This document shows, in pieces, positions 27,897 through 40,969 of a DNA stretch of 64,000 nt. The position numbers and the translations under genes were made by a program. Position 1 is the first letter of the stretch, and each line of letters begins with the position of its first letter. Source of the stretch: Spirochaetia bacterium (GTDB taxonomy: Bacteria; Spirochaetota; Spirochaetia; SZUA-6; Bin103); the NCBI GenBank assembly GCA_965199955.1, contig CBDATQ010000002.1, positions 160,001 through 224,000 of the forward strand, in the 5' to 3' direction. The notes under the pieces are model-generated. The model made no database searches. It saw only the letters and a list, made by a program, of their open reading frames with translations, and was not told the origin of the DNA.

Positions 27897-28172
27897 CTAC
27901 CGCCGCCTGCGCTGGAACAGCGGGTAGATCTTCGACGACAGGTCGATCTTGCGGTCGACCAGCTTGATCACCCGCCCGTAGGCGAAAAAGGACCCGGCCA
28001 GCCCGGCAAGGGTGAACACCACCAGCAGCACCGACGCCACCCCCTGCGCGAGCCCCATCTGCGTCAGCCAGCCGACCAGCACGATGGAGATCAGGATCAC
28101 CACCACCATCATGGCCAGCGAGAACGCGGTGGCGGCCACCATGAAGACGGCCGTGTTCATCGCCTTGTTCAT
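27897..28172 (-). CDS. Small 2-TM membrane protein downstream of lspA
   Basis: MNKAMNTAVFMVAATAF...; GAGGAGG RBS; ATGA overlap with lspA. Confidence 0.8.
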   Translation of the reverse strand: MNKAMNTAVFMVAATAFSLAMMVVVILISIVLVGWLTQMGLAQGVASVLLVVFTLAGLAGSFFAYGRVIKLVDRKIDLSSKIYPLFQRRRR

Positions 28173-28747
28173 CTGTCCTCCTCGTCGTTTTCAGGCACGC
28201 ACTGCTCCCGGGTGCCGTTCTCCGGTTCGACAGCATCATGCCTCGGCCGCGACACCAGCCACGAGCTTGCCAGCAGCAGGATGCCGGCGACTACCACCGA
28301 CGAATCGGCCACGTTGAAGGTCGGAAACCGGCTGAAGCCCAGGATGCCGTAGAACTTCACGTCCACGAAGTCGACCACCCCGTCCGGCCGGGCGACGCGG
28401 TCCACGTAGTTGCCGATGCCGCCGCCCATGATCGCCGCCAGTAGCCATCGTTGCCCGCGCGTGAGCTGGTCGGTGGCGAAGTAATACGCCGAGATCAGGC
28501 CGATCGCCACCAACGGCAGGATGAGCAGCAGCACGCGGCGCAGGTCCGCCGGGATGCCGCGGCCGATGCTGAAGGCTATCGCGGTGTTGTGCACGTACGT
28601 GAACCGCAGGAAGTCGCCGATCACGGGAACGGGCCGCTCCAGCGGCAGCGTTGCCACCACGATCGCCTTCGCGATCTGGTCGGCAGCCACCACCGCCAGC
28701 GTGAGCAGCAGCGGCAGGTAGCGCTCCCTGGCGCTCGGTGGGCTCAC
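28169..28747 (-). CDS. lspA: Lipoprotein signal peptidase II
   Basis: ADQIAK, NTAIAFS, GNYVDR, VVDF, FNVADS; GTGA overlap with the upstream gene. Confidence 0.93.
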   Translation of the reverse strand: MSPPSARERYLPLLLTLAVVAADQIAKAIVVATLPLERPVPVIGDFLRFTYVHNTAIAFSIGRGIPADLRRVLLLILPLVAIGLISAYYFATDQLTRGQRWLLAAIMGGGIGNYVDRVARPDGVVDFVDVKFYGILGFSRFPTFNVADSSVVVAGILLLASSWLVSRPRHDAVEPENGTREQCVPENDEEDR

Positions 28748-29526
28748 AGGCCGGTCGGCAGGTCGATGAAGGTGGTCGCCAACTCGGTGTGAGCGGCGGT
28801 GTGCGCCATCATGTTGCGCACGCCCCAGGTCTCGGTCGCGTAGTGGCCGGCGAAGACGACGTTGATGCCGGCCTCCAGCGCCTCGTGATAAACCTCGTGC
28901 GAGGCATCGCCGGTAATGTACAGGTCGAGTCCCGCGGCGATCGCCTGGCTGACGATGCGGGTGCCGCCGCCCGACACCAGCCCTACGGTGCGGATGCGCT
29001 CCGCCCCGAACGGCAGCACCGCCGAGCACCGCTCGCGCCCGCCGAACGGGTCGGCGAGCAGCTCGTCCAGCGTGGCGCCGTCGGGGTAGCGCGCTTCCGG
29101 TACGCGGCCGGCCACGCCGATGTCGACCCCGTGGTAGTCGCCGAAGGGCCGGCAGTCGGTGAGCCCGAGCGCGGCGGCCATGCCGGCGTTGTTGCCGAGC
29201 CGGGGGTGGGCGTCCAGCGGCAGGTGCACGGCGTAGAGGGCCAGATCGCGCTGCATCAGCACGCGGAGGCGCTCGAAGAGCCCGCCGGTAACGGTCACCT
29301 GGCGGCCCCAGAACAGGCCGTGATGGACGAACAGCAGTTGTGCCTCCTGGCCGGCGGCGCGGCGCAGCACCTCCAGCCCGCAGTCGACCGCGAACGCAAC
29401 GCGTGCGACTGCGGCGTCTCCGGCGCCTACCTGCAGGCCGTTCGGCGCCGCGTCGGCCGCGTCGGCCGGCGCCATCGGCGCGATGAGTGCGTCACGGACG
29501 AATGCATCGAACTCGCTGATCAGCAA
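28744..29526 (-). CDS. Nif3-like dinuclear metal center protein (YbgI/DUF34)
   Basis: NGLQV, VHHGLFW, HLPLDAH..GNN, GHYATE. Confidence 0.93.
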   Translation of the reverse strand: MLISEFDAFVRDALIAPMAPADAADAAPNGLQVGAGDAAVARVAFAVDCGLEVLRRAAGQEAQLLFVHHGLFWGRQVTVTGGLFERLRVLMQRDLALYAVHLPLDAHPRLGNNAGMAAALGLTDCRPFGDYHGVDIGVAGRVPEARYPDGATLDELLADPFGGRERCSAVLPFGAERIRTVGLVSGGGTRIVSQAIAAGLDLYITGDASHEVYHEALEAGINVVFAGHYATETWGVRNMMAHTAAHTELATTFIDLPTGL

Positions 29527-29643
29527 GGGAGCGCAGTATAGGTGCGGAAGAGGGGCAGCGACGAGGCCGCGCGTCCCATGGCGCTGGCGCTGCGCCGGGA
29601 TGCGGGCGGAAGGATGCCGAACCGCTCCCAGCCGGTGCCGGGC

Positions 29644-29928
29644 TCAGGTCCCGAACCGGTTCTGGAGGCGTTCGGCGATCCGGTCGAGGACGGTGGAGTT
29701 GAGGTATTCGGAGTCCCGCAGCCTGGCCATGACGTCGGTGACCAGTTCCGCGCGGACCGCGGGGCTGCGGTTGATTATATCCATGGCTTCCTCGATCTCC
29801 GCGACCACGCGGGCTTCCGTTGACAGACTGCCCGGCTCGGTGTCGTCGGTGCGAGAGGCGGCTGCCGTCCGGTCGATGTCCTTGAGTATGGAAACCGGAT
29901 CGATCGGTCCGAGGGAGTCGACGGCCAT
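29644..29928 (-). CDS. flgM: Flagellar anti-sigma-28 factor FlgM-like
   Basis: 94 aa; SLSTEAR...SPAVRAELV..V..RL....Y...LDRIAERL; AAGGAG RBS. Confidence 0.65.
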   Translation of the reverse strand: MAVDSLGPIDPVSILKDIDRTAAASRTDDTEPGSLSTEARVVAEIEEAMDIINRSPAVRAELVTDVMARLRDSEYLNSTVLDRIAERLQNRFGT

Positions 29929-30113
29929 CTGAGTGCTCCTTCCTGGTGCCCTGACCGCAACGGCTCCACGCCGCGCGGCAGCACACCGCGCTGTTTTGTG
30001 GCCTCCCCCTCTTGAGGCGAGCCGGCCTCACGTGTGGCCGACAGACCGATATTCGCGCATGGAAGGCATGCCGTCAACCACCCCTGTCACGGCGCACCCT
30101 GAAGGGAAGTGCC

Positions 30114-30875
30114 TCACAGGTGCCAGCCGCCTGAAACCTTGAGATTATCGCCGGTGATGTAGGAGGTCTCGCGGCGCAGGAAGAAGTCGATCGCGCGATT
30201 GAGGTCGTCGTAGGTTCCGTAGCGGCCCTTCGGGACCGCGGCCGGCCCGCCGGGAGGCTTGGTCATCGAGTTCTCCATGATGCCCGGCGACACGGCGTTG
30301 ACGGTGATGTCGCGGTCTGCGGTCGCGGCGGCCAAGCTCCTGGTCAGGATCAGGATGCCGGTCTTGCCGACCATGTACGGCGCCACCGTGGGCTGCGGCG
30401 ATAGCTTGTCGGCGGCGGAATCGGCGATGTTGACGATGCGTCCGTACCCGTGGCGGCGCATGTGCGGCAGCACCGCCCGGCAGACCAAGAAGGCGGCCGT
30501 GACCGTGGTGCGTACGGCGCGGTCCCACTCGGCGGGCTCCACCTGCTCGACGGGTTTTACCTGGAACGTGCCGACGTTGTTCACCAGCAGGTCGATGCGG
30601 CCGCTGCGCCCGGTGATGCGGTCGACCATCGCCGATACGCTGGCGGGGTCGGTGAGGTCTGCGGCCTCGGCATGGCAGCCGGCCGCGTCACCGCCGAGTC
30701 GGTCGACGAGTTCGCGTGCCGCGGCGGCGCTGGTGTGGTAGTGGACGGCGACGGCCGCGCCGCGGGCGGCCAGGTGCTCGGCGATGGCGGCGCCGGTGCG
30801 CCGCGCGGCGCCGGTGACCAGCGCCACCTGGCCGGTGAAGGGGCGGTCGGCGGAGGTTGGTGCGGCCGCGGTCAC
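30114..30875 (-). CDS. SDR-family pteridine reductase (FolM/PTR1-like)
   Basis: TGAARRTG, VHYHTS, YMVGK catalytic motif, VNAVSPG; last gene of the fol operon. Confidence 0.8.
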   Translation of the reverse strand: MTAAAPTSADRPFTGQVALVTGAARRTGAAIAEHLAARGAAVAVHYHTSAAAARELVDRLGGDAAGCHAEAADLTDPASVSAMVDRITGRSGRIDLLVNNVGTFQVKPVEQVEPAEWDRAVRTTVTAAFLVCRAVLPHMRRHGYGRIVNIADSAADKLSPQPTVAPYMVGKTGILILTRSLAAATADRDITVNAVSPGIMENSMTKPPGGPAAVPKGRYGTYDDLNRAIDFFLRRETSYITGDNLKVSGGWHL

Positions 30876-31357
30876 GACAGCACCCGGCAGACGATCTGCC
30901 GGTAGATGAGCCGGTGCCGGCGCGGGCCAAGCGGTTCACCGTCGGCGGGATGGGCCAGGTCCGGCGCGATATCCAGCAGCGGCACCAGCATGAAGTCGCG
31001 CTCGGTCAGGCCCGGGTGCGGCACCGTCAGGTGCACGTCGCCGAGCACGAGGTCGCCGTACAGCAGAATGTCCAGATCGATCGTCCGCGGGCCGTAGCGG
31101 ACGGTGCGGGTACGGCCGAGCGCGTGCTCGATCGCCTGCAGCCGTCCCAGCAGGGCGTGCGGACGGACCTCGGTCCGCACGCCGACTACCAGGTTCAGGT
31201 AGGGCGCCTGCGCAGCCACTCCCCACGGACAGGTGAGATAGGTGGGCGAGATGCAACAACGCTCGGCGACCGCCTCCAGCCGCGCCAGCGCCGCGGCAAG
31301 GTTCGGACGTGGATCGATGTTGGATCCGCAGGCGATGAAGACCTGCCTCGTGCTCAT
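30872..31357 (-). CDS. folK: 6-hydroxymethyl-7,8-dihydropterin pyrophosphokinase
   Basis: GSNI, YLN, IEHALGR, GPRTIDLDIL, VPHP..ERDF. Confidence 0.94.
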   Translation of the reverse strand: MSTRQVFIACGSNIDPRPNLAAALARLEAVAERCCISPTYLTCPWGVAAQAPYLNLVVGVRTEVRPHALLGRLQAIEHALGRTRTVRYGPRTIDLDILLYGDLVLGDVHLTVPHPGLTERDFMLVPLLDIAPDLAHPADGEPLGPRRHRLIYRQIVCRVLS

Positions 31358-32499
31358 CGGCGCTTCACCGGGTCACCGGACGAACGCAGGGCGCGCAGGG
31401 TGGCGATGATCTCGGGGTCGTGCGTCCGGATCCAGGCAGGCCTGAACGCAAGCAGCAGGTGGGAGAGGATGATGCGGCTGGTCAGGCTCTCCTTGCGCGG
31501 GCAGTTGATCAGCACCGGGTAGCCTGTCTCCTCCAGCCTGCGGGCCGCCTCGATCGCCTGCATTTGCAGCTCGATCTTGCGGTAGTCGTCCAGCTCCGGG
31601 TGGACGATGCCGGTGTTCGGGTCCACGTACACGTCGCCGGCCCCGGCCGCCCGCGCGGCATCGGCGCGCGCCGACAGGCTGGCGGCGATGCGCTCCGCGC
31701 CGTGGTTGACCGGGGCGGTTTGGCGCATCCGCTCAGGATCCCCGTAGGGCAGATTCACCAGCACCAGGGCGGCGCCGCTCTCGCCGGCGTGGCGGCACAC
31801 TTCGTCGGGGATCTCCTGGCTTGTGTAGTCGATCATCTCCGCCCCGGCGTCGAGCGCCCACATCGCGGTATCGGCGCTCCAGGTCTCGACCCCCACGCGA
31901 TAGCCGTCCGACGCGAGCGATTGCAGCACCGGTTTCAGGCGGTCGATCTCTTCTGCCTCGCTGAGCCGTTCCGCGCCAGGGGCCGGGTTGGTGGAGCGCG
32001 CCCCCAGCTCGATCACCTCGCATCCCGTCTCACGGAGGTGGCGGGCCCGCTCGCCGATGCTCGCCTCGTCGGCCGCAACGGACGGGGTGACGCGGGACTC
32101 GGGCGAGAGATTGAGCACACCCAGCAGCTGCGGTTCGGGCCGCGGACGGCGCCGCACCACCTCCACCACCGCTGCCCGGGCGGCGGGGATCGCCGCCGGC
32201 TTGCGCACGCACACCCGCGCCTCCCGCACGCCCGGCCGCTGCAGGCACAGGCCGGCCAGCGCCTCGGCCAGCGACTCCAGCAGACGGTAGCGCCCGCGCA
32301 ACGCCTCGGCCTCCGCCGCGGCGGCCAGCTCGGCATAATCGATCGTGTCCGCGAGCCGGCCGCTGGACGCCGCCGACGACAGGTCGACCGCCATGGACAG
32401 CGTGATGCGCACCTCCTGGGGCGACCGCCGTTCCCACGGGTGGATACCGACGATGCAGCTCACCCGCAGGTCGCCGATCTCGACCCGGTCGCCGATCAC
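31354..32499 (-). CDS. folB: Fusion of dihydroneopterin aldolase and a divergent dihydropteroate-synthase-like domain
   Basis: N-term GIHPWER, TIDY, LLE, VRKP; C-term GVLNLSPES, GARSTNP, VDP, PRK, IRTHD. Confidence 0.85.
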   Translation of the reverse strand: MIGDRVEIGDLRVSCIVGIHPWERRSPQEVRITLSMAVDLSSAASSGRLADTIDYAELAAAAEAEALRGRYRLLESLAEALAGLCLQRPGVREARVCVRKPAAIPAARAAVVEVVRRRPRPEPQLLGVLNLSPESRVTPSVAADEASIGERARHLRETGCEVIELGARSTNPAPGAERLSEAEEIDRLKPVLQSLASDGYRVGVETWSADTAMWALDAGAEMIDYTSQEIPDEVCRHAGESGAALVLVNLPYGDPERMRQTAPVNHGAERIAASLSARADAARAAGAGDVYVDPNTGIVHPELDDYRKIELQMQAIEAARRLEETGYPVLINCPRKESLTSRIILSHLLLAFRPAWIRTHDPEIIATLRALRSSGDPVKRR

Positions 32500-33047
32500 C
32501 GGATCGATGCCAGGAACTCCGCGCGCGTGGTGCTGTCGGTGCGGAACGTGCCGAGCATGCAGGAGGTGCGCATTACCGGGTTCTGCTTGCGCACGCCGCG
32601 CATCATCACGCACAGGTGGCGCGCCTCGATCACGACCCCCACGCCGCGCGCGCGCAGGACCTCCATCAAGGTGCCCGCGACCTGGGCGGTGAGGCGCTCC
32701 TGTATCTGCAGCCGGTGCGCGAAGCGGTCGACGAGCTGCGGGATATTGGAGAAACCGACGATGGACTTGTCAGGGATGTAGGCGACGTGGGCATGGCCGA
32801 AGAACGGCAGGAGATGGTGCTCGCACAGCGAGTACAGCTCGATGTCCTTCATGGCGATCATCTCGTCCGATTCGGATGGAAAGACCGCCTTCGCCAGCTC
32901 CGCGGCGGGATCGGCGCGGTAGCCGGAGGTGAGGAATGCGAACGCTTCCGAGGCTCGCGCCGGGGTGATCCGCAGGCCGTCCCGGACTGGATCGTCACCG
33001 CTCGCGGCGACCAACTCGCCGTACGCTCGCTCCACGCGCTCCCGCAT
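32496..33047 (-). CDS. folE: GTP cyclohydrolase I (divergent)
   Basis: SLCEHHLLPFFG, RLQIQERLT, HLCVMMRGV; true ATG at 33047 (the track ORF extension is spurious). Confidence 0.92.
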   Translation of the reverse strand: MRERVERAYGELVAASGDDPVRDGLRITPARASEAFAFLTSGYRADPAAELAKAVFPSESDEMIAMKDIELYSLCEHHLLPFFGHAHVAYIPDKSIVGFSNIPQLVDRFAHRLQIQERLTAQVAGTLMEVLRARGVGVVIEARHLCVMMRGVRKQNPVMRTSCMLGTFRTDSTTRAEFLASIR

Positions 33048-33112
33048 GGGCGACGACTCTAGAGTCTGCCGAGCAGGGCGACAAGCTCGCGGAGGTCGCC
33101 GTCCGGTGGGGC

Positions 33113-35530
33113 CTACCGGCGTCGCTCCGGTGGCGGCGTCTCCAGCCGCTCTCGGTCCGTGCGCTGCAGCCAGATCTCGCTGACCTGGGCGCCCCGGCCC
33201 GCCCCGCCGCGGGTTTCGTGGTGAATCCTCAGCGTGACCGATCCGCCTTCCGTCGCGCCGATGGGTATCGCGAAGGTCAGCAGGCCACGGGGAGCCGGTT
33301 TGGCCAGCCAGCCGTGCACCTCGTGCACGGTACCGTCCGGATTCTCCGCCTCCATCCGCACGCGCGGCTGGCTGCTGCCGGCGCGGCCTTCGCCGCCGTA
33401 CACGACGACCACGCGGTAGGCTGCCCCGGCATCGAGTCCGTCGTAGCGCAGCTCCAGGGGACCGTGGCCGATCGACTCCGCCTGGCTGAGCCAAGCATAG
33501 GGAATGGCTTCGGCGGGGTAGGGGATGGCGAATCCGCGCAGCGCGGAGTCCAGAAACGAGGGGTCGCCGGAGAACCCCGCGCCGGGCACGAGGTGAGCCT
33601 GCTCGGCCGCGTCGCCGAGGTTGTCGTAGCGGCCGCCGGGGCCGGGATCGGTGCGCTGCAGCACGTTCTCGATCGCGGCGAGGCGCGCAGGCTCGGTGTC
33701 CAGGGCATCGATCTCGGCGCAGCGTTCGTGCAGCCACAACCGGTCGTTCAGCGGATACTCCAGGCCGTCCAGGCTGGCGCCGCGGCGCACCGCCTGCGCG
33801 CCGTAGCGCGGCACCGAGAGCTGCGCGTGCACGCTCTGAAACAGAGCCTCGGCCAGGGCGTGGACGCGGGTGCGCAACTCGCCCTGGCGCGCCGCTGCCG
33901 CCGCATCGTCCAGGATCGCCAGCGCGCGCCGGCATGCCGCCCGTGCGCCGAGATCTGCGTCGCGCCGCAACTCGCCGTGCGCGCGGCTCTGCGCCGCGGT
34001 CTCGGCCAACAGCCGTTCCCGGATGTAGACGTCGGAGTAGGCGCGGTAGAGGAGCTGCAGCAGCCGCCAGCTCTTCAGCACCCGCGGCGGCGCGGCTCGC
34101 TCCAGCGCCTGCGCGCGCAGCAGCGTGGTCGTCACGGCGCTGTTGGCCAGTAGCGGACCGCGCCAGTTGGCTTCCAGGCCGAGGATCGTGGCCGCAACCC
34201 CGTCGGCCAGGTCGGGATGCACGAACAGGCGGCCATACTGCCGCAGCACCGCATGCAGATCGGCCGCCGGATCCCACAGCAGGGCGCTCCACACCGTCTT
34301 GTTGAGGTCGTCGTTGTTGCCCTCGCAGTAGCTCAGGGCGCCGATCGAGTGCGGGGCGGTGAGGGCGAAGATGCGCGCCTGGTCGGCGGGGCGGGGATTG
34401 ATCGGCTCGCGTCCCTGGCAGGCCGCGAGCGCCGGATCCCACTCCGGCACCGGGTACTGGCACGACAGGCAGTGGGTGATGTCCGGGTAGAGGCGGACCG
34501 GGTAGCGGGCCGGCACGCGGGCGCGGAACGCCTCCGCGGTCATGTGGATCCAGGGACCGAAGATCACCCCGTCCAGCCAGTCGATCCCGTCTTCCAGCGC
34601 CGCGTAGAAGTGCTCCTCGTCTGTACCGTGGAACCCCTGCGGGGCGATCCACACCTGCGCCCGCGGGTGCAGCTCACGGAGCGACGCCTTCTGGCGCTCC
34701 GCCAGCGCCAGCAGCAGGCGTGCCGGCGTCGACCCCGGATCGCCGCCGGGAATGAACACGGCGTCGACCCTCGGCAGGGCCGCGAACACCTCGCGCCAAT
34801 CGGCGAGGGCGCGCCGTACCGTCGCCTCGTCGCCGTAATCGGACTCCAGGGCGGGAAACCAGATCCACAGGTCCACGTCGTAGCGGTCGGCGATCGCGGA
34901 AACCTCCCGCATCGTGTCGATCTGCGGCAGCGGGAAGTGGTCGGAGTCGGCCTCGTCGTCGGAGACCGGCGGGATCATCTCCACGGCGTTGGCGCCGAAG
35001 ATCGCCAGCTCGCGGATGTACCGCTCCCACTCGGCGACGGTCCAGCCGCAGTAGGAGTTGGTCTTCGGCCGGTAGCCGATCTGGTGGCCCCGCAACGGGT
35101 AGTGCGGCGCCGACCGGATCGGACCGGCGTCCAGCAGGACGTCGGGCAGCAGCACCGAGGAGCGGCGCACCTCCAGATGGCGCAACAGCCAGCCCACGCC
35201 GTACAGCACGCCGCGCGCGTCGTTGCCGGTGACGGTCAACGAGTCGCCATCGCGGTGGATGCAGAAGCCTTCCGGGCGCGCCGCGAATTCCGGGCTCCGA
35301 AACGACCGCGCCTCCTCGGCCGACCAGCGCCTGCACGCCCGCTTGGCGGTCGCGGCGTCGCACAGGACGATCGTCGGGCCATTCCCGCCGGCCGCCGGCC
35401 ACACCTGCTGGGCGCGGCGGCCCACCTCCTCGGCCAGCACCGTTCGTGCCTGCCGGCACCGCGGCCCGCTGTCGCCGTCCAGTTCGATCCGTGCGCGCGT
35501 AAGGTCCACCTCTTCGCTCCCGGGGCACAC
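33113..35530 (-). CDS. Uncharacterised glycoside-hydrolase-like protein (GH20/GH67-type N-terminal domain)
   Basis: EGFCI...VTGNDARGVLYGVGWLLR...SAPHYPLRG pattern followed by a probable TIM barrel; no signal peptide. Confidence 0.65.
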   Translation of the reverse strand: MCPGSEEVDLTRARIELDGDSGPRCRQARTVLAEEVGRRAQQVWPAAGGNGPTIVLCDAATAKRACRRWSAEEARSFRSPEFAARPEGFCIHRDGDSLTVTGNDARGVLYGVGWLLRHLEVRRSSVLLPDVLLDAGPIRSAPHYPLRGHQIGYRPKTNSYCGWTVAEWERYIRELAIFGANAVEMIPPVSDDEADSDHFPLPQIDTMREVSAIADRYDVDLWIWFPALESDYGDEATVRRALADWREVFAALPRVDAVFIPGGDPGSTPARLLLALAERQKASLRELHPRAQVWIAPQGFHGTDEEHFYAALEDGIDWLDGVIFGPWIHMTAEAFRARVPARYPVRLYPDITHCLSCQYPVPEWDPALAACQGREPINPRPADQARIFALTAPHSIGALSYCEGNNDDLNKTVWSALLWDPAADLHAVLRQYGRLFVHPDLADGVAATILGLEANWRGPLLANSAVTTTLLRAQALERAAPPRVLKSWRLLQLLYRAYSDVYIRERLLAETAAQSRAHGELRRDADLGARAACRRALAILDDAAAAARQGELRTRVHALAEALFQSVHAQLSVPRYGAQAVRRGASLDGLEYPLNDRLWLHERCAEIDALDTEPARLAAIENVLQRTDPGPGGRYDNLGDAAEQAHLVPGAGFSGDPSFLDSALRGFAIPYPAEAIPYAWLSQAESIGHGPLELRYDGLDAGAAYRVVVVYGGEGRAGSSQPRVRMEAENPDGTVHEVHGWLAKPAPRGLLTFAIPIGATEGGSVTLRIHHETRGGAGRGAQVSEIWLQRTDRERLETPPPERRR

Positions 35531-35599
35531 CTAAACACGAGAAGCGCAGCTTCATCGAGTACGGCGGACAGCCGCGCGCGCGCGTGGTATGAGTGGAGC

Positions 35600-36553
35600 A
35601 TGCTCAAACGTCCGAAGATCGCCGTGATCGGTGCCGGCAACGTCGGCGCCACCTGTGCCCACTGGCTGGTCGCCCAGGAGCTGGGCGACGTCGTGCTCAT
35701 CGACATCCCCAAGGTCGCGGACCAGACCCGCGGCAGGGCGCTCGACCTGTACGAAGCCACGCCCATCGAGCGGCTGGACTGCCGCGTGACCGGCACCGAC
35801 GACTACGCGGAGATTGCCGGCTCCGACATCGTCGTGCTGACCGCGGGCTTGCCGCGCCGCCCCGGCATGAGCCGCGACGACCTGATCAAGGTCAACGCCG
35901 GCATCGTCGCCAGCGTCGCGAAAGAGGTCCGCGAGCGCGTGCCCGACTGCATCCTGATCGTCATGACCAACCCGCTCGACGCCATGGTCTACGCCGCCTG
36001 GAAGGCGAGCGGCTTTCCGCCCGAGCGCATCGTCGGGCAAGCCGGCTGCCTGGACGTGGCGCGCTTCAAGGCCTTCATCGCCGAGGAGACCGGCTACAGC
36101 GTGGAGGACATCAACGCTCTGCTGCTCGGCGGCCACGGCGACGACATGGTGCCGCTGCCGCGCTTCACCAATGTCGGCGGCATCCCGGTCACCGAGCTGA
36201 TGAGCCCCGAGCGGCTGGACGAGCTGGTGGAGCGCACCAAGACCGGCGGCGGCGAGATCGTCGAGCTGATGGGCACCAGCTCCTACTACGCGGCGGCGGC
36301 GGCCATCCTGCAGATGGTCGAGGCGATCGTCCGCGACAAGAAGCGCATCCTGCCGTGCGCTGCGCTTTGCCGGGGCGAGTACGGCGCCGACGGCATCTTC
36401 GTCGGCGTGCCGTGCGTGCTCGGCGCCGGCGGCGTCGAGCGGATCATCGAGGTGAACCTCGACGACGGCGAGCGCGCGGCGTTCGCCGCCTCGGCCGGCC
36501 ACGTGCGCGAACTGGTGGACGTGGTGCGCACGCTGTTCCCGGAGCTCGCCTGA
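35600..36553 (+). CDS. mdh: Malate dehydrogenase (LDH-like)
   Basis: [30 protein letters not shown]. Confidence 0.95.
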   Translation: MLKRPKIAVIGAGNVGATCAHWLVAQELGDVVLIDIPKVADQTRGRALDLYEATPIERLDCRVTGTDDYAEIAGSDIVVLTAGLPRRPGMSRDDLIKVNAGIVASVAKEVRERVPDCILIVMTNPLDAMVYAAWKASGFPPERIVGQAGCLDVARFKAFIAEETGYSVEDINALLLGGHGDDMVPLPRFTNVGGIPVTELMSPERLDELVERTKTGGGEIVELMGTSSYYAAAAAILQMVEAIVRDKKRILPCAALCRGEYGADGIFVGVPCVLGAGGVERIIEVNLDDGERAAFAASAGHVRELVDVVRTLFPELA

Positions 36554-36554
36554 G

Positions 36555-37967
<1,413 letters not shown>

Positions 37968-38009
37968 GCTTCGGCCCCGCGTATCGACCGCCAGTATCGC
38001 AAGATGGTG

Positions 38010-38140
38010 AACATCGAAACCATAAGCCTGCTCCGTTGCCGAAGAGCTTGCCGAAAAGAACCGCCATCTCCGCGGTGACCTCTCGTTGAGGATGTCGTAG
38101 AGGGTTTGTCGGGAAATCTCGAGCGCATCGGCAACGGCCG
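38010..38140 (-). pseudogene. higA: Second HigA-family antitoxin remnant, frameshifted
   Basis: ADALEISRQTLYDILNER / VTAEMAVLFGKLFGNGAGLW in different frames. Confidence 0.75.
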
Positions 38141-38231
38141 TCTCGTCGCCGACCGGGATCACCGCGCACGAGCCGGTGCCGTCCTCGTCGGGGGCGCCGC
38201 TCCGTTCCGCCAGCGCTGTGTCATCGCGGGC

Positions 38232-38983
38232 TCACTCTCCGGCGGGATCGCCGAGCTCGGCGGCCAGGAACTCGCGGTTGAGGCGCGCGATGGTCTCGAA
38301 GGAGATGCCCTTCGGGCACTCCGCCTCGCACTCCGCCTCGTTCGTGCAGTTGCCGAATCCCTCCGCGTCCATGGCGCGCACCATGCCGCGCACGCGGCGG
38401 CGGCGTTCCGGCTGGCCCTGCGGGAGCCGGCCCAGGTGGGTAAGCTTGGCACTGGTGAACAGCATCGCCGAGGCGTTCTTGCAGGCCGCCACGCACGCCC
38501 CGCAGCCGATGCAGGCCGCGGCGTCCAGGGACGCCTCCGCGTCAACCTTGGCGACCGGCACGGCGTTCGCCTCGGGAGCGCTTCCGGTGTTGACCGAGAT
38601 GTAGCCGCCGGCCTGAATGATGCGGTCGAAGGCGCCGCGGTCCACGACCAGGTCCTTGATCACCGGGAAGGCGCGCGCCCGCCACGGCTCGACCACCAGC
38701 GTCTCGCCGTCCGAGAAGTGGCGCATGTGCAGTTGGCAGACGGTGGTGCCCGCGAGCGGGCCGTGCGCGCGGCCGTCGATCATGAAGCCGCAGGAGCCGC
38801 AGATGCCCTCCCGGCAGTCGTGCTCGAAAGCGATCGGCTCCTCGCCGCGCCGCTCCAGGGAGTCGTTGAGCGCGTCCAGCATCTCCAGGAACGACATGTC
38901 GGGGGAGACGTCCGGCACCTCGTAGTCGACCAGCCGGCCCTTGATTTCGTCGCGTCCCTGACGCCAGACCCGCAACGTAATCC

Positions 38984-38987
<4 letters not shown>
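38232..38987 (-). CDS. sdhB: Succinate dehydrogenase/fumarate reductase Fe-S subunit
   Basis: [32 protein letters not shown]. Confidence 0.95.

Positions 38988-40965
<1,978 letters not shown>

Positions 40966-40969
<4 letters not shown>

Noticed and set aside
29929..30113. Riboswitch or sigma28/sigma54 promoter upstream of flgM
   Set aside because: Only short GC hairpins and poor consensus matches
32496..34652. 718-aa ORF suggesting a FolE fusion
   Set aside because: The N-terminal part is an Arg/Pro-rich alternative frame of the upstream gene; folE has its own promoter and ATG at 33047
34217..36553. 778-aa ORF ending in MDH (likewise the extended STAS, Prx, galU, lspA and sdhB ORFs)
   Set aside because: The extensions overlap neighbouring genes; true starts are internal
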